Positions 1 through 17,787 are shown, counted from the stretch's first letter. The stretch: DNA of 64,000 bases from Tubulanus polymorphus (GCF_964204645.1 NC_134028.1:8308001-8372000), one strand, 5' to 3'. Translations and numbers: made by a program. Notes: generated from the letters alone by a model not told the origin.

Positions 1-280
1 TTGAGTATGAACGCAACAACTGAGGGTTCACTTATATCTTAGTGAGGCTTGATGAATATCAGTGGCAAAAGGTCAGAATTTCGGTGGCCCACCTTGGCAA
101 ATCATGTATCGTATTAAAGCCTTGACTATTGACAACAAAATCACAACTTGTAATACATGAAAATCAACTGGAAATGAGCCCTTCTGTACGGTGATAAATT
201 TGTATTATCCCGTGAATTTCCGATGAGTAATAGACACCACCACGTAGTGAAAATAGATTCCCCTAGTGCTAATAGGTTAA
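1..280. mobile_element. Right part of a piggyBac-like MITE (same family as 2385-2865)
   Basis: Ends ...AGTGCTAATAGGTTAA and shares internal segments (GGTGGCCCACC, GACTATT..ACAAAAT, GGAAATGAGC) with 2385-2865. Confidence 0.6.
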
Positions 281-1559
281 TTGTCCGCTTAACCCAACTG
301 CCTGCAACTGGTCCCTACTCGCTAGGCTTCACTAAACGGCACGTAATTTTTATCGTGCGTAATAAATATTACGCAACACAAATTGATTTCATGCGCGAAG
401 CGGCATTCAGTCGGCTATTTAAAGAAGAAAGGAAAAAAAATGGGATTAACAAATCCACTACATTCGCTGATTAGTATTCCGCTTATTAATAGTTGCGAAA
501 CCCAAAATGTCATCGTAATGATTTTCCGACCCGACGACGACGACGAAGAGTCGCCGCGGCTCCGTACCGATATCGCGCAAAGTCTCCGCCGTTTTCTTCT
601 CGGTTTTCCTACGGTAACCATGGTAACGACGAAAGCATTAATCATTGCGCGGAGGTCAACGTTGTATTTCTTCTCGCTTATGGCGGCGATTCCATTATTC
701 CTTAATACCCAATTAGAGCCCGCGAGAAAATTAGTAGGTATGACTTTTCGCTATATAGGCCAGTGACCGCGGCCATATTATTGGCCTACCCGGGGCTGGT
801 TTTGTGGAAACGTCGGCAGCGGGGTCCGTCGGGTAGAAATGGTGGACCTTTTCGGCGCCGTTGTCATAACGAAGATACAAGCCGCGTTCGCACGAAATTT
901 CGGCAAGGTGGCTACTTAACCTGAAATTCGCGGAAAAGCCGAGGAAGTCTCTTTTCTGCGAAAAAAGTCTGGGAATTTTGTATGAAGTCTAAATTTCGGA
1001 GGGGGGATTTGTCGAGATATCTAGATTGCGCGTTAAGTCAAACGGTTTACGTCGGTGTCTTACATTGTTCGACTGTGTTAATTGATTGGATTCTAGACAG
1101 CTAGAGTCAAACGTCGTGCATACCAGGGAAAAGGCAAGTCAGATAAAAGTAGCCACCCTGTCTGGGCGTACCGCGCCCGAATTCGGCAGGATAGGAACCC
1201 GTTGCATTCGCACGTACGTGATGCGGTGAGCACTTGGTATGCCCATTTATGCTGATATGTTTTCAAGATGATGTTTTCGTTGCTATATTCATTTTCTTGT
1301 ATTTTCAATTTAACTCCTCAATCCGCTGTCCCGTCCTTCTAAGGGTAGTTGGAATTAATTTGCCAATTCGGCGTTTCCTAACCTGTACTAGTAGTTCCTT
1401 GCAAATGTCAGTGAAACAGGTTTTTCACCCTAAATTGATATAAGTGAGCGCCAATTCATGTGATTACAACTGCCTATATATATATACACATATCTTCGTT
1501 CTTTATAGTGGCTTCTTGCATATTTCGAAAAAGAATTTGAAAAATTTGATGCACATGAT

Positions 1560-1865
1560 CAGGCCTGTGCCAAGCGGCAGTGGCAGTTCTATTATTTCAA
1601 GAAATAATGGTACTTTTTCACCATGAAAAGGGGCATTTTCTTATTGAAAAAGGGCAGATTTTAAATATGAATTGCCCGGGTACCTGAATAAATCACTTGA
1701 GAATGGACTACTTTTTCATTTTCCAAAAAAAGCCATGAAAATTGTATCCGAATTTTAAAAAATTTTGACCAAAATATTCTGACACTGACTTCTAGAAGGG
1801 CATTTAGAAAGAAAATTTTAGGGGGTACGCTCATTACCCCCGAACTACCCCTCGGCACGGGCCTG
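1560..1865. mobile_element. MITE with CAGGCC-type TIRs (hAT-like)
   Basis: CAGGCCTGTGCC ... GGCACGGGCCTG terminal inverted repeat. No clear TSD. Confidence 0.5.
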
Positions 1866-2186
1866 GTGATCCCCCTGGTTGAGTTTAATGTATGTGGCTT
1901 GCTAAGCGCCGAATCTCTATTTCAAGCAAGTTTAGATGGATTGAAATAATTTTTTTTGAAAAAATGAAAAAGCGAGTTGTCGAAAGCAAGCAACTGATCA
2001 TGAATTTGTTTGTATACTTTGACCTTGGTAAATTTTTGCGGCTATTAGTTATTACGCGACGGTTTCGATATAACAGGGTAACCTTGAAGTAGAACGACAT
2101 GATCTATCACTGGAAATCGGCAGCAGGTGCTCTGGCGAGGGTACATACGACGCGTTTATTACGGGTGAAAAACGCCATTCCAATGA

Positions 2187-6690
<4,504 letters not shown>

Positions 6691-9122
6691 TACAGCGATA
6701 CGAAAATTAAAACGATTCATTCTGAAAATGTGCTCTTGGCAAATCAGGGCTGACGACACGGTCGTGCGGTGACGCATGAGCGTGTATACCGTTGAAGGAT
6801 TCGACGGGCTGGACCGGATACTCGTTTGTTCGAAAGTGATTCTTCTCGGTCGATCTCCTGGTTGAGATTCGATATCATGTTACAAACGGTAGTACGGGAT
6901 ACATTTTAAGTAACGATACGTGTGCGGATACCGTTTGTGGATACTCGTCGGTGATGATGATAACGCGATAGCGTTTAATTCTGTCCGGATACTGTGGAAT
7001 GAATCGGTGGACTACTTTGTTTATCGACGCGCGTTGTATCCAGCTCGTGTTGTTAAAGAATCGTGGACTTTCGCGATCACTGAAAGAGGTGTTGCGCGGG
7101 AATTTCTTCTTCGTCGTATTCGTGTCAAGTTGTGAACCGTCCTATATTACAAGTATAGAAACATTCTTCCAAATCGATATGAGCGTTTTACGAGTTATGA
7201 GTAGTATGTACATGCATTTTTTGGCCTCGCGGCGCGACTATAACAGAATTGTCATCTTTTGTTTTCCGGGAAACGTCGCGACCTATCATCGTCGATAAAT
7301 TGATTAGATTCTCGAAGTGAGAGCTTAGAATGTCATTATGGTCACAGTTTCTCGAAGGCAAAATGTCTCCAATATGGGAATACATGTACAGTCAAACATG
7401 TGATGATGAACTTGGATATAAGGCTTGAAAATGAATACCTTGTTTCTCATTTCTGCTGAATTTTAATGTTGACCCGGCTGGCCGCCTTCATATACCCTGT
7501 ACATTACTTTTTTTTTTCTAAATCATGATCAAGCTAACATTAACAGATCCGGTGATCATAAAAACGAACTGATTGAAAATTTGATTGCTGTTTACAGAAG
7601 CGAACCGACCGATTATGAGAAACAGGGTATCGTTTTTTTTAAAGCTTCACTATTTATCAGATATTACGAACTCAGAATTCTGTCCCAAAAGTTTAAGACA
7701 GTTTTATTCATTTCATATCGGATATAACGAACTTTCGGTTATAACGAACAGCTTTTTGGTGCCCGCATCTCAATGACTCTTGACAAATTGTTAGCTGATT
7801 AAGATTCTATTTAGAATTCTCTCGAACGCAGGACCCATTTTGTGGTCTATTACATTAACTCATGTGTAATCAGGGCCAGATTTCTAGGCTAAATCGTGAT
7901 TGAATTTTGTTCCAGATCTAATTCGTATAAATTTTGTAATTCTATACATCGGTTATGCAAGACGTGCGTCTCAATGAACTGAAGGTCATTGCGGGTATCA
8001 TCGATTGGAGAGTTTGAGTTCTAGATCTAGTTCATATTTAAGTAGGACATTATGAATTGCCCTCGGTCTGATAACGATATGTAAGTTTTTGCGATGAAAA
8101 AGTTCCATTTTGACCTGGATTATTAGAGCTCTTTGACGTAGGTCTTCTATCCCGGACGTGTTAGTTCAGTTCACTATTTTTAACTGATGCAAACTCAGGT
8201 TTATACAAAAGGTGAAAGGTTCCATCCCGTAAAAAAAGAATAACTCATTGTAAAGAAAAGAATAATTCATCGTTCAGATCACTCCATAGAGCCTTGAAAA
8301 CTTGTTGAGATTACACAATATCCCTGGACCCACTTCCATAAGAGTTGCGAGGTATATGTATCTGAAGTGTGAAAATGAGTTCTTTTTCGATTGGTCAACT
8401 GTACTTCTACCTACTCAATGTAGTTTCTACTCTTAAACCTCAAATACTCCAGAAAAATATGAAAATACTCTCAAAATCAGATCGATCATTTTTGGCATCG
8501 AGTGAAAACTACTCCAAATGTGAGTGTACAGTTGACTCAGTATAACAGTCAACTGCTCAATTCTGTGAACTTTACCGGAATTCATTTTTAAAAACCTTTT
8601 GTTTGCCTGATTCTACGTAGGGTCAACTCGACTGAAATATCTAAAACTGCAACATTACCGGCGTGAAGTGGAGTCTACTGTACCTAATAATCTTGTCAGA
8701 ATCCAGTTGTGTCGGACATTAAATCAGGGTCTGGTTTCATGAATAAGTTGGTTTCATGAATAAGTTCAGCCTGAAACGGTTGAAAGCATGAAGTAACCGT
8801 AAGCAGTTAAACCAAACATTTGACTTCTTTTTCGTGAACCTCCGACATTTGCCGATGTACAGCAGTAGCTGCGTCAAGAGATGATAATCCGAGTACCGAG
8901 TAATTTGAGTTGATAGCGAATTATATTCTTAACGATTAAATTCATGGTTTTGTCCTCGTTGGCGGAGAGCTTCGGTGTCAGCTGGTTGAAAATGACATGT
9001 GTCATTGAGAATTTTTATGTCTTCAGTATTTATTAATTCACTGTCTGTTTTCGGGATCAAAATATTCCGGTGCATTTATATGGACATACTGGCGGTAATG
9101 AATTAACGAGTGCAACAATTCA

Positions 9123-9420
9123 AATTTTGTACGATAGAATTTATTAAAATGAAACCACAATTCGTTTCGGCTGTTGACTAACAGCCATCACTTGGTGGAA
9201 TGAGCAGAAAAAGAAGAAACATAGCATATAAACTTACAGGACATAAACAAAACTAGCAATTAAAACAACAAGGGGTACCGTAGAAACCACAAAATCTGGA
9301 ATGTCCTGTGAGTTTATATGTCCTGTTACTTCTGTTTCTGGACATTCCACCTGGTGATGGCTGTTAGTCAACAGCCGAAACGTTGTGGTTTCCTTTCCAT
9401 AAATTTCATCATACAGAATT
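9123..9420. mobile_element. Penelope-like inverted repeat remnant with minimal hammerhead-ribozyme-like core (9347-9388)
   Basis: Inverted arms ~9123-9205 and ~9340-9420. The right arm reads CCAC-CTGGTGA-T-GGCTGTT-agtc-AACAGCC-GAAA-CG-TT-GTGG. A related copy lies at ~31815-31925. Confidence 0.6.
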
Positions 9421-11558
9421 CTATTGTGGGACTTCTTCATTCGTCTACAGTGTATGCGGATTAGAGTGTTTTATCTGACTATTGGCGGTGATACTTGTAA
9501 TTTCTGAAAAAATTGTCGATATATTTAATGAAGACGTGTTGACTCCGGGTATTGGGTCCTGGGATTTTGACGGCTTTCTCAGTTCTGCCACACAACTACT
9601 ACTTGTAGCTGTTCTTTCTTGTTCGCTGTTCGTTATGTAATAGCCCTGTTGTGAAATTCATATTACCAAGCAGTAGCGACTCGCGAAGTGGCGGCGAACG
9701 TGTTAACGTTGTTGCCATTTTTGATTCGCAGTATATGTCGGGATTTCGTCGTAAAGGCTGGAGGGACGAGAATTGATGAGGGCGGGTAAGCGTTGAAATC
9801 GAATACAGCACAAGTCCTTTATGATAACATAGTTGGGACCATTGGAAAATATGTGGCGTTACAATGAATTTGTAGTCATAAGGCTAGAAAAATTAATACC
9901 TTGTTTCTACCCTATCTACTCTGTACATTATTTATTTCTTTGAATCATGATAAAGCTTACCATAACTGACCCGGCAGCTATTGAAATGAACTGATTACAA
10001 ATTTTATTGCGATTTACAAAATGATCCGGCCGATTAGGAGGAACTACCGGTAGATATAATTGTTTTAGCCTTGGGAATGTTATTTTCATTGAATTTGAGT
10101 TGGGTTGAGTACATTTGCTCTCCGAAAGATGTTGCCTTTGAATGAGTGCTGGCATTAAAAAGGATGGCGTTATAACGGACTTAGACTTTATATTTATATC
10201 TCGAAATACGATTACCAAGTTAAAGTAACCTCCGTTGAAGTTGAACATCTGCTGTTAATTATCACCCGGAGGAGGTATCCCATATTTCTTGCTGAATTTT
10301 AAGATGGATATGAGGTTAAGATTGATGAATCGGATTATATAGAATTGTACCAGAAAAAAATTCCTTTTTCGTTCGTTAGAAAGTAATTCGGTAATGTAAA
10401 ACATTAGTTAATCAATGATCAAGGTAAGCATTCCTGTTTCATTATAAATATTCATTTTCATCTGACACGTTAGGATTATTATTATCATTATAATTATTAT
10501 TATTTCATTATTATTATTACATAATTAATTCATAAGTGAAATACATAAGTAGCGAATGGGCATTGTAAATTGTATCAGAGACTTTGTAGAATTGTTGCAC
10601 AATTTCATAGGTTGTACAGAAGTCAAATATTGTTTAACGTTTCTATTAACCAGACTTTGTTTTTAAATAAATGAAAAATTGAAAGGTCTGTGAATTTCTT
10701 GACTATCTTTAATTTTATTTTCTATTGTGCTGCTGATACTACAAGACTGATCTGATCCAAAGAGGACTAGCGAAAATATAATACACTCCTCACTGATGAA
10801 TTCCAAAGCCAAATTGTCGCACATTTTTTAACAGATAACAATATGACAATAAATTGCGAAACTGTTTCAATGCAATTACAAGAAGCTAATGTAATGTACC
10901 ATTCTATTTGTTCTACATATATTAGCCTCCATTTCTCTAGACCGAGCTGGATGCATAATGAAATATTCATTTACTGGTATCTAAAATGCCCCTGCCAGTG
11001 AAAGCCCATCTTGGCCCTGTAACCAAATAACAACTTAAAAAGTACCGGTTTAATGTGAGTCTATACACAAGATTGCTAGGTTGATTTTTGTGGGTGCATC
11101 TGGTTGCGGACTCGGCCCAATTTCGGTGAATCGGGTCAAAATCGATTTTAAGCTTTTGTCAAACTGGACACTATCGATGCTACACTTTCACTTATAGTAA
11201 ATATCTTTTTCTAGGGTTTAAGTCAGAAAATATCCTTTTTTTCTATAGTTTATGATTTCCCGAATACCGGTAAATATAGTTTCGGTTTATGGTGGTGAGT
11301 GGACTGTGGTAAGTGAGGTACAATAATTTTGTCTAACTATAAGTGCCATATTATGGCTGAAGGAAAAGTAAAACTTGAAAGTGGTAGACTGGCGAATATA
11401 TTCTGATATATGATTGTAAAATCTTAATAAAAACCACACCTTAATAAAGGTGATTGTCACTACATAATAATGAAAGCCAAAAATTACCAGTAATGTACGT
11501 CTTAATCAGAATTTTAAGGGTTGTATATATCAACGTTTCGGTTAATCGGTGTTTGACG

Positions 11559-14500
11559 ATGGGAATTTTTCAAGATGGTCGCCTCCACGATTTGCTGAAA
11601 AATCTGTTCATCGAATTGCGAGAAAACCCCGCACCACCGAGCCTGTACAGGCAGCTGATTGATAAAATGAATAAACCAGAAGTAGTAGCACGAATTGCGT
11701 CGACGCTCGTCGGTCTGACGGTATCTTTTGCCGTCACGTATTGCGGTGTTAAATGGTTGGCAAACGCCTTGGATCCGACCAAACAAGAAAAACAGGAGGC
11801 CCATAAACGGGTAATTTCTCTCAGTACTAATCGTAATGATTTCATTCTCTATTATTCTGTATAGTCTGATTCCGGTCTAACTGCAGTTTGGGTCACCGTT
11901 CCACTATCCCGGTCCACTGTGTGGCGTTAGTGTTAATAAGATACAGTTTGAGTTGTTATGGTTACAATTGGCCGGGACACATAAACTGCAGTCGCTCCGG
12001 CGTACTGATGCGTACTTTCGTTATTCATCATACATGGTTATTGTGTATCTTCTCGTCTAAAATCACTAAAATTAGGCCTAATGATGGCCCCGGCCCACCT
12101 GGCACTTCGACTTTTGAGTCTCCGATATGGAGCCTGTTGCAGTTTCTTCTTTAACTCAGGTCTTAACTTATTTTTTTCAGGCAGAAGAAATTCTCAAAAG
12201 AATTGGTCTCAAAAATGTCAAGGTAATTAATTTCCAGCAAGTCTTTACTACTACAACTTTCTCAGTGCCGAAAACCTATGAGGAACATTTTTCCCTTAGA
12301 ACCAGAATTTTGTAATTTTAGTTCAACAATATTTGTTCATTATTAACCAGTTCATCATATCATTTTTGCACCAATCAGCCTACTGGGTACAGAGGCCTAA
12401 TTATATTGATTTGCGTATGTATATGCCTAGAAGGTGCTAATTGACTGAATTGATCGTGAAAATCGGAAATTACTGACTTAAGGGACAGTGAGACAGAGTG
12501 ATGCCATAACTTCAAGTTGTGGGCTGTGATGCCACTTATGAGGGCCAGGTTCGTTGGCAAAAGAATAAAGAGAAAGCGGGGAACATGTCTTTACTATTTC
12601 AGCATCATAGGATAACTAACTTTGTATTCTCACAAACTACACTAAAAGAGTACATATGGCCAAAACATGATAATTACAAAGATCCATTATCTTGACAGCT
12701 ATAAAGAATATTTCAGCTGTTGCCTACACAAGTCTCCCATATTCAGCACCCCACAGTGAATGTATTGCCCTTCAAACTAAATGCGTTCATTTTTTAGAGG
12801 TTTTAACTGTATTGTCAGATCCCGATAAACCGCTCAGATCGGTGCAGAATGATTTTGGCGGTATAGAGAGTATGGTGGTATATCAGGGGTGTTTTACTAT
12901 GTATTTGTACAGAGATTTAGTACATAAAAAAAAACCCGGCGGTAGGCGGGGGTGGAAGTATATGGCAGGGTGGTATATCGGGGATGTTTTACTATGTATT
13001 TGTATAGAGATGTACATTGAGAAAACCTGGCTGTAGGGGGGGATATATGGGAGGGCGGTATAACGGCATCTTCACCCGTCAAGGGATTCGAACCCACTCT
13101 GCTAAAGCCGTTCCCCGAACCCCTTGACCTCACGAGTCGGAGTCGTTACTAGCCGACCAGAATCAGGTCGGGCCAATCACAGCACTTGTTACAAACGACA
13201 TTAGGCATCTATGGAATTTCCTGGTAAATGGACCAATCAGCGAACACGTAGCGAATGCGGAAGTATAGTCGCGTGTTGATATATGATGTCATGCGCAACA
13301 GCGCCAGTAATAAAATCACGCTTCGTGAGGCCGGGGGGCTGGTGGAAGCGTGTTCGGGAGCGATACCGGACCCCTGGCAAGCGAGGATGTATAACGGGGG
13401 TTGACTGTATATTTGTTCTGAACGTTGTTTAATTGGTTTCTAGCTGACCGAGTACGAACTGTGTATCGCCGCGAATCTAGTCGACCCGCTCGCGATGGTC
13501 ACGTCGTGGGAAGACATCGGCGGCTTGGAAGAAACAATCGAAGATATTCAGGAGACGGTGATTTTACCGTTTAAACGTCGAGATTTATTCAGCGGTTCGT
13601 CTCTACTAACCGCTCCCAAAGGTCAGTTTGTGAGTCCATATTTTTTTTCAAATCTTGAATTTGGGAAAGTCATCCCGCTTATTTCTTTGATTGATTGGAT
13701 TCATACACTTATTTAGTGTGTCCATTAACAAACCTGCTACACCTGCCTGGAACAAAATTTGAAATTGAACCGTGGATATAATTTCATGGTTGATCGAATT
13801 TACATTTATTTCAATCTTTTGGTTAAAACAATCATATGAAAGAATCAGGAGAAATCAACCATCGATGTCCTGTTCATTGTACATTGTATGCTGGATCCAT
13901 ACTTGTCACGCAGTGGAATTTTCATTGAAAAACCACCCGTTAATGATTTCTATTGAGAGATCTAAATAGCATCCATGCGTCATTTTGACTTTAATTGTTG
14001 ATGAAAATTTGTGTTTTTGACTCTTACCTCTGGTTTAGTTTCGTCCATTATCAGGCCCACCTCGACGTAACTGAAATGTGTTCATGTTATTTTTCTAGGA
14101 GTTTTATTGTACGGTCCTCCTGGCTGCGGTAAAACAATGATAGCGAAGGCTTGTGCTAAGGCAGCAGGTACGTAACTATTACATCAGACTTGGTAAAACG
14201 ATTCTTCATTTAGATTAGCTGAATCTAGATTTTGATCTATGAAATGTGGACACTATTCAGTCAAGGTGTATACAATGTATGATATGCTAAGGGTTTTAGG
14301 GGAACTTTAGGCTGCTATTTCGATAAAGAATTTTTTATTGCGATAGTTATCAGACTAGTTTGAAAATATTCCGGTCAGATACCCAATTAAACGACTTTTA
14401 TATGAAGACGATGGAATTCCCTCTCAATTTTGATTAGCCGAACAAAAACTTAAAACAAAATCTGGATGAATTTGATCTCCATTGTGTAGATTTTAATGTA

Positions 14501-17500
14501 TATCTATTTAAGTAAGTTTTTGTAATGTGACATGTATATTTGTTATATAAATTTGGACAATTATACTTTAGGCCTATAGCTTAAGCCGTATTAGTAGCAA
14601 ACAGTGTCCTGATTCATCAGTGATACCGCAGTGATACTGCTTAGTCCATTAGCAAGCCATCCAATTCTTAGAGGCTGGTATTGAAATCCCTCATACAGGT
14701 GCACTAATATGTCAGCAAGCTGATGTTAAGAAATTCAGTGCTTGTCTTTCATGAATTTGAAATGAATAGTTCAATCATTGGAGCTGGTGACTAAAAAAAG
14801 ACAATAAAAATGACCGTTCACGTCTTTATGAAGGAGTTTATTGTACGAATTACTAATCGCATTAACTTGATTTCAGGAGCAAGATTTATAAATCTGCAGG
14901 TCACAACATTAGTTGATAAATGGTACGGCGAATCTCAGAAAAGAGCAGAAGCAGTGTTCTCTTTAGTAAGTCGTTTATTGCCAGCCTTCGACGCTCGCTC
15001 TTTATCAAGTCCAGTAGTAGACGACACTTAATCCAAACTGTCCATTTGTATCCAATGAAATGAAGCCGGTCTATGTAAAGATGAAGGATGAATGTATGGC
15101 TAGAGTGAAATGAACTTTGTTTCGCTTAATCGTCTGGGTCACTTTTGTAAACTGCAATGAAAATCAGTTCATTTCTACAACTGCCGGGTTTGTTACTGTA
15201 AACTTGATCATATAACTTTGAAAAAAAAAGTTATGTACAGGGTAGATAGGCCGCCAGCCGGGTCAACTTTTAAGTTCAGCTGAAATGAGAAACAAGGGTA
15301 AATTTTTTTGCCTATTGTATGGATTCAGGCAGCTGACTTACCGTTTAATGTTGTTTAATTTTTCAGGCAGTCAAACTTCAGCCTACTATAATATTTATCG
15401 ATGAGATAGGTACGTAAATGGTTTCCATTAGAATGTTCCCATTTTCCATGCCGAGGTCGTATCACCGGATCAGTTGCTATCGCTAGTTCGTTGCACGATT
15501 TCATCGAAAACGTATTTCTTATCGCAGATTCGTTTTTACGCGTGCGTAGTTCCGGAGACCACGAGTCGACGGCGATGATGAAAACGCAGTTCATGAGTTT
15601 CTGGGACGGATTGATCACCGATCCGAAATGTCAGATAATGATCATCGGAGCGACAAATCGACCGCAGGACGTCGACGCGGCGATATTGCGCAGAATGCCC
15701 AGTATGTTCCATATAGGATTACCGGTACGTTGAAATCTACAAATAGATAAACGAATAACTTAGCGCTCTGGATCCAGTTCCACAGTTGTTAGTTAGAGTT
15801 AAGATTAGTTCATTTTCACCTCTTACCAACTTTTGAGCAACTGGCCCCCTGATGGCTGTACTGCCTAGGACGGTAACGAAATAGGCCCGTAGCGTGACTG
15901 ATTTTATGGGCAGTTTGTTGTCCTTAAAACGCAGACCTTTTTTGGTAGACGATTTTGAAATGGCGCTAAAAGGTAAAATTGTTGCGTTTAGATGGCAAAT
16001 TTAAGCTCACAATTCCTATGGAGTTCAATGCCAGTCCCAAGTAACTGTAGGTCTATAAGATTAGTAGTACAGAGAGTACAAACCTGGGATTTTATTCTGC
16101 AACTTTTCAAAAGCAGACCATCTCCGCATTTTTGTCTTATCCCACCCCCCCCCCCCCATCCTCTTAACTTGAAGGGTCTTCGAATGGTGAGTTTTGACCA
16201 GTTCACAAAGTGGGGACTGTATGAATGTCTGTATATCATTGCTTCTCATTTCTACTTCAGACGAAAGAACAAAGAGAACAGATTTTAAAGCTTATCTTAG
16301 AAAAAGAAGATGTAAGTTATTGTGTCATTGGAGGGCGTATAAAACTTATTCGAAATTTATCTCATCTCCTTAGATGCTTATCTTATTTACGAATGTGTTT
16401 TTAGGTCGAGCCGAATTTGTCTATGCTAGAGATATCGGATAAAACGGAAGGATTTTCAGGAAGTGATTTACGCGAATTGTGTCGCGCCGCAGCTATTTAC
16501 CGAGTACGAGAATTCATGAGAAGTGAAAGTCTTCGTAGCCTGTCGGATGAGGCTATCGAACAAGCTAGGTAAGCGTATTAAGGGTGCTGAATCTTATCAG
16601 AGAAAATAACGAACTGTTCGAGTAGTGGGATAAATAGCCTATTGGAGTTTCTGTGATTTAGAAATAATTTTCACGTAGTTCAATTAGAAAGTCACCCTAC
16701 CCGGCGGGGATTCGAATCTTAGGCCATACAAAGAAATACCCTAGTTTCTCGAGAAAGTAAAATGCCGCCCGCGTCATGAAAAAAGTCCCTAATAAAAATT
16801 TAAAACACAAATGTGCTCGCCCGCGTCGGCAAAGCATCAATCGTCTTCTTTTTATAAAAATTAAAACCAACTCGTCCGCATAGCTGTATAGCATACGGCA
16901 GTGGTTTTTTTCTGCTGGCTTTTATATGCTCATCCTCCACGTACTGGTAATCCACATTTACGATCACAAAAACAGCGCCAGGTTCGTTTCCTTTTACTTA
17001 ATTTCGAGGAAGCGTGAAACTACAAAAATGATTGGCTAAGTTTCGATTAAATGAGTCGATAGAGCTTGATTTTATATAAAAAAAGTTCCCTCCCGCGTCT
17101 GTTCTATAAGTGTCAGGTTGAGCTTTTTATTTCAACTTTTTTATTTAAAAAAAGTAATAGAAATAAAATCCCCCCGCCCTCGTCACTTTCCAGAAAAAAA
17201 TCTGATGAGAAACTAGGGTATTTCTTGTGTGGCCTTATGGCATCGCTAGACCCTGCCACACTAGACCAGGTGCGCAGGTTTGCCACAAGAAAACTTGCGG
17301 CAAATCAGATTTTCTGTTGTATCATTGCCGAGGCGAATTTCACAATCGGCTAATAGTGACGTCATCTAAGCTGTGCATGAGACGCGTGAGAAGATCAAAC
17401 ATGCTTGTTCCTGTGTTTCCCGCGACGTGTTGGGCTTTAGAAACATTAATATTTACCTTCGCCAACTCGACAAGCTAGATGAAGGACGATTTAGGAGAAA

Positions 17501-17787
17501 ATTTGATGGATGTGCATCAGAGGAATTGCCACCATTTAATTACATATAGGGCAGCTTGGGCTAGCCCCCATTTTCCACTTCATTACCAGAAAAATTCTTT
17601 GTAACCTTGTTAAAAGTGTTCTTTTGTCAAATTGACTAATCGATATATTTTAATGATTATTTTCAGTTCCAACGACACGCAGCAACTTCGACCGATCTTG
17701 AAAAAAGATATACTCAGCGCCGTGAAGAAAATGCGAACTACCAATCATATATCTCAGAGACTTCTAAATCTTCCCGATCTTGACTAG
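11559..17787 (+). CDS. ATAD1: Outer mitochondrial membrane AAA+ dislocase ATAD1 (Msp1/Thorase), ~401 aa, 10 exons
   Basis: Exons 11559-11810, 12181-12222, 13444-13621, 14099-14167, 14877-14965, 15367-15409, 15528-15724, 16261-16311, 16405-16568 and 17667-17787 total 1206 nt in frame. Motifs: N-terminal TM ([18 protein letters not shown]), Walker A GPPGCGKT, pore loop KWYGES, Walker [38 protein letters not shown]. The start ATG could instead be 11667. Confidence 0.95.
13067..13389. mobile_element. hAT-like non-autonomous element with 8-bp TSD, nested in a Tc1/mariner-type MITE
   Basis: TATAACGG at 13059-13066 and 13390-13397 flanks imperfect TIRs CATCTTCACCCGTCAAGGG / CCCTGGCAAGCGAGGATG. The host element ends ...GGGGTTGACTGTA at ~13409. 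Confidence 0.7.
16722..17234. mobile_element. PIF/Harbinger-like MITE with TTA TSD, inserted in a SINE
   Basis: TTA|GGCCATACAAAGAAATACCCTAGTTTCTC ... GAGAAACTAGGGTATTTCTTGTGTGGCC|TTA: ~28-bp TIR and 3-bp TSD. Confidence 0.8.

Noticed and set aside
383-766. Overlapping 70-127 aa ORFs in the CpG-rich stretch
   Set aside because: No domain motifs or splice signals. Open frames are expected in GC-rich sequence.
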